Source: Phoronis australis (Eukaryota; Animalia; Phoronida). From it: DNA of 64,000 nucleotides. Numbering within the stretch: the first letter of the stretch is position 1; every line of letters begins with the position of its first letter. This document shows positions 1 to 12,100 of this stretch, piece by piece. The DNA is taken from NCBI GenBank assembly GCA_002633005.1, contig NMRA01000067.1, positions 852,440-916,439 of the forward strand. Reading direction: 5' to 3'. The position numbers and the translations under genes were made by a program. The notes beneath the pieces were generated by a model. The model was not told the DNA's origin. It was given only the letters and a program-made list of their open reading frames with translations, and did no database searches.

Positions 1-2665
1 AAAGTTGCACGAGTTGACGATGTGACTGGTGTTCCCAAAAACTATCTGAACCTCCCTCGTCCGCTGCCGTTCCTAGTTCGTGAACTACATATTTCCTCCG
101 CTTCATGCTGTTTAATTCTGCTTATGTCCAGCCCCCTAAATCTGCCTATGTATAATTAATCTTTTTAGGAGAGGATGCAGACCATAACCATGGTCCTAAT
201 CGTTGCGAGTTGAGCCTGACCTAAAGCAATAAGTGTCACTTATTTGGAACCTAAGTCAAATAATCTAGGATGAGGAACAATGAGCGAGTCGATATTCACC
301 AGGTGGTGCTGATGACTAAAAGTCCTTTTTACTCTTTGAATAGATCAAAAGCAGAAGGTAAGTCATCTGCATGAGGGTATTCCTTCGTGTAATAAGTGAC
401 CCACGTGATTTGCCTGAATGTGGACATTTCTATGGTAAGGTCACTTGCTTTACTAGTTGCGACACCTAGTGAATTTCAAGTTCCTAATTGAGACTAATTT
501 TATAACAGTTAGCAGTCAAAATCAAAATTTGTGTTATTGTGATAGATAGCTGGTTTGAGCCACTTGAGTATAAAATTTGTGGTACTTAAATGAAATTTCC
601 CAACAGACTCGGAATTTCACAATGCACTACCTATTATTTTGAAGTTGAAACTTAAAAGCATCCATAAAGTCAATTGTACTGACAAATTTATTGTGTGATC
701 AATACCAAGTTAAGTGGTGCACAGTGTTGGTAAATACAGGGGAACAAAAGCATCAGAATGTGAGTACACAAAAATAAATTATAACATACAAAGTAGATAT
801 ATAACTACCGTACAACAAAATACCTTATAAGGTGTGATGATCATTCTAGGTTAAACAATTAATAATAAATTATAACATACAAAGTAGATATATAACTACA
901 ATAACATGCATTATAAGGTGTGATCATCATTCTAGGTTAAATAATTAAAACTTGTGCGTTTGTAATAGTTGTTACGTGGCCCTTTACATCAATTTCTGTT
1001 TACAAAAACGGGCAACATAACGGTGAACTAGCTACTAAAATACAATTGTTCTAGACAACACTATTTTGATTCACTTACTAACAAGTTGATATACCCTGAA
1101 AAACGATTATAATTGCAATCACCAATAAGGAAATGCATAATGTAATCTCGAGTTTTGATTGTCACAAGCCTTGTCTGAGCACCATGAATGAGCTTGGTTA
1201 TGCATTTCCAAACAACAGTGTGCTGTTTCCAGTCATACTTCAGTTTTAGAGCTACATAGGAAAAATCACTGATAGTCATACTAAAGATCCCAGTACTTTG
1301 ATCTCACATTAAAATGATATCAATATCAATACCCACAAAGTCAAGACACTATAAGTTTGCTTTGTTCAGAAATCAAAGCCAGTCTGCTCTGAGTGTGTGT
1401 GCACAGCTCCCTCTGTAAAGATCTGGGATAATAAGTACTAGTGAAGCCGGTGAGGCAATGAGAGCCACAAATAATAGACATGACTGCCATCCCATGTTGA
1501 AGAACCCCCTGGCGTCCAGCACCCTGCTGGCTCAGGCTAGGGAAAGTCATTCACTGTCCAGTGAAAAAAATGCGTGAGAAGAGACCTGAAGATAATTCCA
1601 CCTTGATCCTCACTTGGCTTCACAGAACAAGTAACGAGTAGCGCTACATCCTGGATGAAACGTCGCAATGTTTTCAGTTCAAAGAAACATTCACGCTACT
1701 GTACACAACCACATGGCATAATAACAGCAGACTTTTAAAACTGATTATAGTTTCAATGCTCTTGCAAAAACATCTTTAGTTTCCATGCAGCATATTAAAA
1801 GGAATCTACTGCAAATGATCAATTGCAGTTATACTCATTCAAGAATTATAGTGATTTATTGCTATTCTATTGACTGCCACGTTTGCAGGTGAATTGGAAA
1901 ATACTAAAAAATAATTCAGTATTCAGTCCTTTAGAATGTACTTTGATGACATAGACTTTGTTGGCACTGCCTATGGGCACTCTCGATATAACTGTTAGCC
2001 CCACTCTGTCAATTCATCACTTCAGAACAGTACCACCTGACCTATTATACCTTAAGGCCTGACTTCCATGATACTGCTCGGCCCCTTCCCTATCAGTGAT
2101 ATTGCCTAGCCAATCCCACTACACTTCACTTTAGGTGCTGCCACACCAAGTTGAGTTCTCACTACATTCAAATCCATTTTAATGATCTCGATGAATTATT
2201 GAGGACGGATTAATGGATAACTTTGACCAAAACATAACTGGAATGCATCGCAGTCCATAGTGTTCCTCAGATTGAACAAGTGTCTACAATGTGTACTCGG
2301 CTCCCACTAAGTTTAAGATCGTTGCATCATTTTGTCAGAATGTAGAGAAAATCGACCAACTTGGTGTGACGGGACTTGTGGAATGTAAATAGCGCTGCAA
2401 AATAGTTTCGTCCCATCATTCAACATTCTAGCCACACTGACCAAACACTACAGTGGTGGTCATTTATTAGTGCCCAGAAGTAAGGTCCCTTACCCACAAA
2501 ACGCTCACCTTTCACTTAGGTGACTTCCCCAAACTTGAAACTCATTCTATGAAATGCTCCCTAGTTACTTCAATGATGTTACCTGCACAGCCTATGGCCT
2601 CAATTTATTACTTGGCCATTCATAAGATATGGTCAAGCCACTCATACAGGTAGTCAGGCTCCTTG

Positions 2666-2790
2666 CATGCTACTGCCTGGCCCCTCCCATACTACATATA
2701 TTGCTTGGCCCCTCCCATGTTACTGCCTGGCCCCTCCCATACTACATATATTGCTTGGCCCCTCCCATGTTACTGCCTGGCCCCTCCCAC
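2666..2790. repeat. Short tandem repeat (about 50-bp unit built from TGGCCCCTCCCAT)
   Basis: TACTGCCTGGCCCCTCCCA at 2671, 2721, 2772. Confidence 0.8.
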
Positions 2791-2846
2791 AACATAACTT
2801 AGCAAATTATCTAGCTTCACCAACACTCTGATCCATAGTTGCTTTG

Positions 2847-3169
2847 CTAGAGTCCTTCCACGCGCTGTTCATTTGCTGTCAGACTCAACTTCCTCGGGTT
2901 GACTAGTCCATTTAGGTACAGTTGATAGTCTGTATCAGACATCTCAGCAATAACACCACAATCAGTAGATACCCTGTTGTCATGGAGACAATCCCCATTT
3001 GGAGAAGATCCATTCAAATGCAGTTTACTGCTGCTGTTGTTGTTCCATTTATTGTTGGACTCATCACCGCAGGTAGTTGTATTTTGTTCTGTTATCTTGC
3101 CCATGTGTGGAGATGATCTGCAGGACTCCTTCCCAGATGCATGACGTGACCTCATGATGATGCCTTCAT
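2847..3169 (-). CDS. Probable terminal sGC exon (low-complexity C-terminal tail)
   Basis: TTTTTTGCCACAG acceptor in phase 1 matches exon 9 donor; 106 open codons, S/N/D-rich, to TAG at 2847; no homology evidence. Confidence 0.55.
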
Positions 3170-6100
3170 CTGTGGCAAAAAACACTGTAAACAAACTGGT
3201 GGTCCACTTTATAGTTCAACTGACACCTAGTAGAAAATTTAAGTGATTACTGTTTAAGAGATTCTAAAATCAAAACTGGGTAGCAAAACAATTCGTTACA
3301 CAGCACTCTAATGAACATTAAACATCCACTTTTAAGCGTCCGTGCTCTGCTTAAACCCACCCACAAGTCACATGACCAAGGCTTCCTTAAATGTCTCTCA
3401 TAGGAGTATTACTTTCCATACTCCCCTGCTCTTACGGAAGGAGACATGAAGGTTCTTTTGGCTAATAATATAGTACTCAATGAACTACATAATTACTTGG
3501 CAAAATTCTATCGAATTTGCCAAGTATGTTGCTTTGCCGTCAAGTTTTTTTTTTGTAATTTGTTCGCACTGATACAGGTCGCATTTTTCGGCTGATTTTC
3601 ACGAAATTCACACACAACCTCAAGTTCCGAAAGTCCTGGAAGCCTAATGTTTTTCGTCATGATCGGATCCAAGATGGCGGACTTGGCGGCCATTTTGTTT
3701 TCAATTTCAGATTCAAATGCTCATAGAGTCCGTACTTTTGTATGTACACGGCTAAAAATCGGCAAGTTTATTGTACTACACGTGCGCTGCTAGTGTGCTG
3801 AAATTTTTTTACTTCCAGTCAAACATGTCGTGAACACATCCACTAAAACAAGAAACTGTAGGAACACCGCATTTATCCACCTTCACTCTCATCAGGCTTC
3901 TATTGTGAGTCAGCATGCGTGAATAATTGGCTGATAAGCCNGTGCTGAAATTTTTTTACTTCCAGTCAAAGACGGCGGAACGATTGGCAATTGCGCATGC
4001 GCTCCTCGATTTCGGGTTAAAAACGTTTTTTCTTGTAGGGGAGGCATTATAGCACCAATGGCTCCGAAATTTTTCAGGTATCAGTTTTCTTATTTAGTGC
4101 TGAAGAACCGGAAGTTGCTTTCAAGATGGCGGATCTGGCGCATGTTGACCTATTTTCAGTCGTGCTGGGGTGCCATTTTAAACGGAAAGGAAACATGACG
4201 TGAATTTTTGCATGTAGAGGTATACTCTTTCAAATCTTCTGTAACAATTTTTTTCTCAGACATGCCCTGTTCAAGTTATTTGACTTTGAATTTCAAAAAA
4301 AAAACCGCAAAATTTCAATTTATTCAAAAAATCCATGGAATGTTGTGGATCTGACGCATTGGGCTTTCAGAAGATATTTTTCATTTTTCGCTACAACGTC
4401 TACTTTTTGAATTATTTGAGTATTTGAGATTTTCTGATAGCGAGCCTGTTCCTAATGTTGACCGTTGTTGCTGCACTGATGTTGGTTTAGCTAGCTTCTA
4501 CTAAACAAGACAGTAGCCTATTGCTTACTGATTTCCAACATCTTCGCTAGTCATATGGATGTTATCGTGTTGTTCATAATCACCACTATCATCATCATAA
4601 TCATCACCGTCGTCCTCATCTCCATCGTCGTCTATTCAGTTAATTTCGCCAAGTGTCACTCTTCCGAGCGCTCTCGTTTATATTTGATTGTAATTGTGTG
4701 CAAAAATGGTGAAAACAATCACGTGTCTGAGCAGCACATGGCCTTTGCACAAGAGGAAAGTTTGAAGATACAGTGTGTAAAGTCTCATAACTGAACTACT
4801 ATGCAACTTACAGCAAGCCTCTGTCTACATTATGTACAATATTATTGGACTCTTGCGAGTAAAAGTTCCGACATCGTAGCTCCCGTACATTCAAATTAAC
4901 CCTATCGATCATTCTGGTAAGCACCCAACCCCAACTTTGCAATGATTTCATTTATTAAATGCCCGTGCTGACCTAATACTCTCAGTCCCCACTATAACAG
5001 TGCTCTTTCAGTCAGTAACCCGAAGGAGTATACAGCGATTATAACAGAGATACATTCATTTGCATTGATCAGTTTTTGTACTAATAAAAACATACGGTAA
5101 AATCTCAACAATTCAGTACACACAATCACGGGTGGATGCTCAGTGACATTTTATTTCCTTACTAGTAGTTTTTCTAGTTTTTCACAAAAGATACGTATCA
5201 ACAAATTAATGCTTAACCATTTTGAAAAACAAGGCAACTGTGAGTATGCAATCATACAAATGTCAAAACTACCGTACTAGTCCAGGTTACCGGTTTTCTC
5301 GATTCCAAATTTAAGTGCCCTGGGTGGTAACCCAGACGTGCATGGTAAAAGCCTGAGAAACATGAAAAGGCAAGTTTGGCAATTATATTGTCTAAAATTG
5401 GTGAGATTTACCAAATATAAACTCACAAGAAACATTTATATGCAAATAACAGAACAGGAAACTGTAGTCACTCGAGTCCTTCACGGAGGCTCCATAAGTG
5501 TTAATTTGTATTAATTTTTTGACCTAATGTGAATAAAGTGTATTACTACTTTCATCTGAAACGTTGCTTTTACAAGACAGGGTATGAAGGACCTCAATAC
5601 TCCCAAGGGTGTTTTCTGCAAAGTACCTACACTACCAAGGACAGTAAACCGGGAATACAAGAAGGCCTCAAGACTCCGAAGGGTCTATATTTCAAAGAGC
5701 CATAATTTCAGAGGTTTGACCTATTTAAGGCCTTAGGAATAATTCGGAAATCAAATCAAGGGGAAAAACAAATTGCCAAAAGCCTACTTGTTCTTGTGTA
5801 ACACTTAAAGGTAAATTACATTGTTTATTTAGATAGCGACATTATTGCACAAAACAGTGAATGTCGCCTGCATGGCGCTCCTACTGATGCCTGGGTCATG
5901 ACACTAGGCATTGAAAATACACGTCAAATTTCAGAAAACGTAATCGCCATAACACAATTTGAAGATCAGCAGCTTTACCACCAAACACAACTTTATACCA
6001 ACCTGTTCATGAGCGACATAGTGATCACTTTTGAGATACAGCTGGCGCCCTGAGTGAGCAGTTCTTAGCTATGCTGCGACGTGGGCTTGTTGCTTGAAAA

Positions 6101-9100
6101 TGGAGTGTTCCCAGACTTATATGCAAACATTAGCAACAAGTTAGAGATTGGTAAGAGCAGGAAAGGAGCCCGAGAGAGAGACAGAGAGAGAGGGAGAGAG
6201 AGAGAGAGGGGGAGTGCTTGTGCCAAAATGACATTGCTACCAGTTTTTAATTCACTGATTTACCATGACCAGTTGGGGCGCACCTCAATTACTGATCACG
6301 TAGGCTGTTAAAAGTGGTGAAGCACTACCTAAATACCATAGGCCCTCTAGACCATAGAACAAAGAAAACATAGATCGTAACTATAATATTTTTAAGTTTT
6401 GTCAATTGTAATGTACATAAAAAAGGTCATTTCCTTGCATTTTAGCACACTGTTTGCATGTCTTTTTCTTGTTCAAAGGACGACACAGAGGGAAACTAAA
6501 CAAAAATTAGAAGGTTTGTTCCATTCAGGATGTGTGCATTGTCACTAGACTACAAAAATCAAGATCTGTAAATCTTTTTAGTAAGATAATCTGTGTAGAG
6601 TTGCAATGTTAGACAGATAATCCAAAGCATGAGTGCAGGACTCGATGTATCTTGAAGCTCTCAAAAGAGAAGTCTACTACTTAAATGCAGTTGAGAAACC
6701 ATTTAAAATTATGAGAAGACAATGCAGTTGTATTCGAAAGGACATGAAGAAATATATCCAAGAGTGCATGTCTACATTTCATTACATCGCACAGTACTAC
6801 AATTCATGAGTCTATTCTAAACAAGACCATATCCTCAACAAATGCACAACTCGGGACCACCAGTGCTCAACACGGGCGAAAATCTCCGCTGGAAAATAAG
6901 AGTGACAGCATATGACATGTGCACTTGCGCTTGTTTACCCGGACTTGGCTTCGTAAAAGATCGTGACCAAAAAAATGTCAAAACTCAGTGTTTGAATTTG
7001 GCACCCTTTATTTTTACGTTTTCTAAACGTTTTTCTGAGCCCTTTACTCGCAAATTTCAAGTCGTTTGGCTACGGGCGTCGCCAGTCATTGCCGGGGACA
7101 TCGTAGTTGCTAACGTCTTCTGCAGTGCATTATAAGTGGACACTTTGCTGAATTGAAACTTACCAGGTCGAAAGTCAATCAGTCTTTCATAGTATGCTAC
7201 AAGAAATTTATTCTTAAAAAGAACGATTCTTTTCTTGCAGTTTTAAGAGCCAAATCGCAGCTTGTTAGTCATTGAATATGTAACTAACATCAAACACCAC
7301 ATTTTTCCTCGTGAAGTTTGCACTGCATTCCCACACATCAATATACGTCATTCGACCGTGCGGATTTTTTGATATTTTTTCATTCATTCGTTCGAGTTGC
7401 AACGGAACTATGCGAACAAATTAAGGAAGTTTGCGCTAAGTTTTATCTGGTTTGCATGTTCAACGACATTGATGGCATTTGTACGACAGGTCAGTGCTAA
7501 AATTTTGGCGTGCATCATTTTTTCGAAGTGTATGTTCTCAGCTATTTCAAATTGGCTGCACCGTGGAATACATCGAATGCCGCTTCAACTTACGCGTCGG
7601 CAACGAGCATTAGGGGTACAGCAACTCCTTTGAACTTTGGGTGTGGGTTCTTCTGAATTTCAAATATTAAGTGTGCATGTACGGGAAGCTAGTTAGCGCT
7701 GGATGCAATATTTCAGTTGTGCGGGGGATTCCGTATTGTCACCTTGACATCACAGAAGAGGAAGGTATTCCTCAAAGATTGCTGCCAGTATTTGCCGATC
7801 TTCATTGTGACATTTATAGTAAAAATTGATCGCAAAAGTTTCTAATGTCGAGTTATTTCTTAATATTTAGCGAACTTAAACAATTAATTGTAGATTTCAA
7901 TAAAATTTATTAATAATGAATAGTAAAATTCTTCATTTAGCCTTCATTTTCTCTGAGGTTGTCTTGGAACAGGCCGTGTTTTTTTTCCGACTTGTCTTGG
8001 CCGTGCCGTAAGCCGTCATTTTTTTAAAGGTCCGTCCCAATGACGGCCGCTAGAGTCCCTGCTTGTAGTCCCATGGCCCTTCAAAGTACACGCCCTTCAG
8101 AATAAGAATACACTAAGTATTGCGTGTTAGTTTCGAAAGTTTGAAACTGTGAAAAATTAACCTATCGCCATAGAGAGAACATACATTTGGCCACCAAAAA
8201 CACTTTTCTCGACACTGGACAGTGCAGGCAATCCATCTGGCCACTCTCCAGAAACACCTCTTTCACAAAACAGAACACTCATTGAAAACATCCATCAGAT
8301 GCGCTCTCACCATGCACACAAAGCTAGCGTTGCACACTGACCATCACTGTTACAGCTGCTGCTGGAGAGACTTGTCCTCTCATCCTCCAACACCTCCATA
8401 CGACTAGCTGTAGACACTGCATGTATAGAGTGCAGGTCATATCCAGGGGACGGTGGGGAGTATTGCCGCTTAGTCAACAAAGCGATCTCGTCATCAGCAA
8501 GACTTCTGCTTGGAGAACTCTCCTTTTTGGGGCCCAACAGCCAGTATGTGTTCATTTCGCCTTTACCCTGCAGATGAATTTAAATGGTTATATCACATGG
8601 AAATTAGTACAGCAGTTGAAATCATGAACTGTATTTCTTTCCCCAGCATCTACTATTTAACTGAAGAAACACATTCAGATAGGAACGTCCTTATGCCATA
8701 TGACATTCTGGTAGGACACCTAGTGCCAGTGTGATCTAATAACTATTTTAGGGTGCATGTGGTTTTGGGTTGCACACACGTCATTTGTATACTTACACTT
8801 TGTAAGAGGAGGGGTGAACTTGTCACTAATGAGAAGGACTGAATGCAAAACTCAAGTGGGACAAATGAACCTGTAATTTAAGTAACAGGACGAGAGAACA
8901 TGTAACTGAAGTAATAGAACAAGTGAACCCACTAACAGTCAAGAACAATTAATTGAACGTGTCAGTCAAGCAATACGACATGTGAAAGTGTGACTCAAGT
9001 AATGGGACAAGTGAACCCACCACTCAGATATTAGTGAATGAGTCACTCATTAGTAAAAGGACAAGTTAGTGGCATCACTCAAGTAATAGGACGAGGGAAC

Positions 9101-12100
9101 CAGTCACTTTAATAGAGAACTAAGCAAGTCGGAATCCATCACTCAAGTAATAAGTGGACAGTGAACTTGTCAGTCAAGACACCAGTCTAAAACTGCCTTT
9201 AACACCATGAGTGTGACAGATGCCAACATATTCTTGGTAAATAATAACATAAAGAAACACTTTCAATGGTAATTTCTAAGAGTTTGAGGTTTGTACACCA
9301 GTCTAGTTTATTATACTTTTAAGAATAAAGTGACAATGCATTACTGAATACTGAATTGCACCTCATTTGGTACAGCACAGTCTTGAGGGGAATATTTTTA
9401 AAAGACCAAACATTTTTAAGGATAAAACACCTGTCCTGAATCAGTTCACATTCTGTTGCCCCTGCTGTGCTGAAGTGGACTGATCCCACCTCATGTCACC
9501 ATGCCAACCTGCTCACTGAAACAGGGAACCCACTTAACTGCTTCACCAACCACAGGACAGGGTTATAATGAGAAACTAGAAAATGACAACATAGGCATAA
9601 GGTAAGTAACAGGTGGTCAAATGTCAAGAGCAAGGAGCTTGTCTATTAAGATAGTTCTTATTTGAATTATGTTTAAGACTTCACTACAGTTGTATATTGC
9701 TAACTTGGATGTATAGGACATATTATAAGCAGTTTAAAAATAGCTTGTTTTAACAAAGCATCACATTTCTTCACAGGCATTTTTCTTTGCCTGGTATTTT
9801 GATGGTCCTACCCGTTTGGTGACTGAAATTTAACATCTACCATCACAAGGAACTTAATTAAGGCCTGAAACAATGAGGATTGACTTACAAATCTTTCTGA
9901 AGCATAGAGGTTATTGCTAACTTAAGTAAGAAACATGACAAGACTGTTCTTACATTTACAATAAATGGCCAAACATGAAAGTTGTTTTTTAACCAAAGAT
10001 GTGGGTTTGTTGCCCCTTCAGGTGAAAAATTCTTCTATAAAGTTTTTCTTGCCAGGAAAATTGATTTCGTAGGCATGTTGGTGAGTTGATATCAAAACAT
10101 TTTTGCATCTTAACACCAAACACATGGGGAAATACAACACTAGGCAACGTCTATGTTATTCAAGCCTGCTATATTCATTTAAGATTATGACCACAATTTA
10201 ATTGTGTAAAAACTGTATAACATCACTTATGTTTAACAGTCTAGGGAGTGTACAGCCAATGACTATTTCGTCTGTTAAATCACTGAACCATGCAACAGGC
10301 TGAAGTCAAGACAACTTTCACATACTCGAGAATAACTACAAGCTGAAGTCTGGAATTTTGTATGGATTTTAAACCAATTTAAACCAAACAAAAAAAAACA
10401 GTTAAACCGGTTTCAGTCGATTTTGATAATAAACACTGTGGGTAATTATACACTCAAACACCTCTACCGTTTATCAAAATTGTATTTATTCTTTGAAAAT
10501 GAATCAAGCTTCTGAACAAAATTTAATTTGCAGAAATGGTAAAAAACTTCTGCCTCACAGAACAAGGTCATTGTAAGAAAAGCACACATTCAGTTTTCTA
10601 TGCTTCTAGTAAAGTTTCGTCTGACCGAACATTAACTTTTTACACAATTATTACCTGTCAATCAACTTTTACACACCTGAGTGTAATGAGAATTATCTTT
10701 CAAGAGATAATGCAAAGATTACCAAAGGTATGTGTATAAAGCTAACATGAATTGTGTAAAATGACCTTATGTTTGAGGGACCAGCAAAATAACAAGATGT
10801 GGTTTCTGAGTGGTAACAAGATCTGCTAACTACAAAAAATTAAACATTTGCTTCCAGAATGTTTACAGTGAAATGGTAGATGTGACAGTCACATCATATC
10901 AATGTAACCATGGCAACCGTATGTGGTTAACATCACAAGGCAACTTTTCCATGGAAAGTAAAGTACTTTTTCCAGTAAAAACAATTATCACTGCTCCAGA
11001 AAGGTAAAGTGTCCCGGTACAAACCATAGGATATTTGCACTTAGATGGAAAAATATTCAACAAGTTAAAGTGTTCTTCAGTTTGTCTAATCCCACCTGTG
11101 ATTACGGTGTTAACACTGCAGAATAAAAAACAAGTTCAGACATCGTGGCTCAAGATATCATAAAAGAGAACATTCCATGACAACTAAAGACACTTGAAAT
11201 GTTATTCAAAACTGACCTTAGACCAGTGTTTGCCTAACAATTTCAAACATTTATGTTTGATAATTACACACTGTATGGACCAAATTAATACTTGAATATT
11301 ATTGTTATCAGTCAGTGAGGTTGATTGACATGAAGCAGAAAAAGGGTAAATACCGTAATATTCCCATGCGGCTATAGTGGTGTAAAGCTATATAGGGGTT
11401 TCTTTGATTAGTTATCGGCTTTGCTAAATACATTTTGTAAAAGAAAACTTTCAAAATATAAAGATACAAAAATTGAGCACCAATTTAATCTACTGATTTT
11501 AACGCTCATTAAAGTGTTTTTGAGTATCAGGCTAGATTAGAGGTAATTTTTACTCCGTTCCCATTGACCGCTTCATGGAAAGCTTGTCAGTCTCTGGCTA
11601 AATCGGTGGTGTTTACAGCATTTATGTGTTTAATAAAGCCAATGTGAACAGAGTAATCAGTTGTGGATGTAGAGGGTCCACGGGATATGGATTCCACCAT
11701 ACACAGCGACACTAATACACTACTTTGTCTGAGAAATACCAAGCACCCACCATGTGTGTTCATGTTGGACTACTCTAGAGAGGATTACTGAACCATAGAT
11801 GCAAATATCTAACATCTAAGGTCAAAAAGTGTTCACCTAAAGAGACAGTAGCAAAATAGTGCCATTTAGGACTTGGACTTAAAAGTCAGCATAGTGGCTT
11901 AGAATTTAGTGGACAACTGTCTCAGTTGGCTGTAACTTAATTGTTTATCGTCTGGCCTGAAAACGTAATTGTTTTATTACCCCCTATAGGTTCTTAACAG
12001 CCAAGCCAAGAATGGTTCAATATTCACTGTACAATTGTCCAGGATAATGCCCACAGCCATTAAATTGGGAAATCAGGACGTGGATGTTATATCCAATCAC

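Noticed and set aside
4555-4794. Apparent transmembrane ORF ([11 protein letters not shown])
   Set aside because: Translation of the (ATC)n tract in the DINE-like element
6840-8060. Possible hAT-like element ending GAGTCCCTG
   Set aside because: Could not find a matching left TIR or TSD, so boundaries are unsupported
9590-9610. Strong donor AAG|GTAAGT as the nested gene's 5' UTR exon
   Set aside because: Only a consensus match; nothing ties it to the acceptor at 13430
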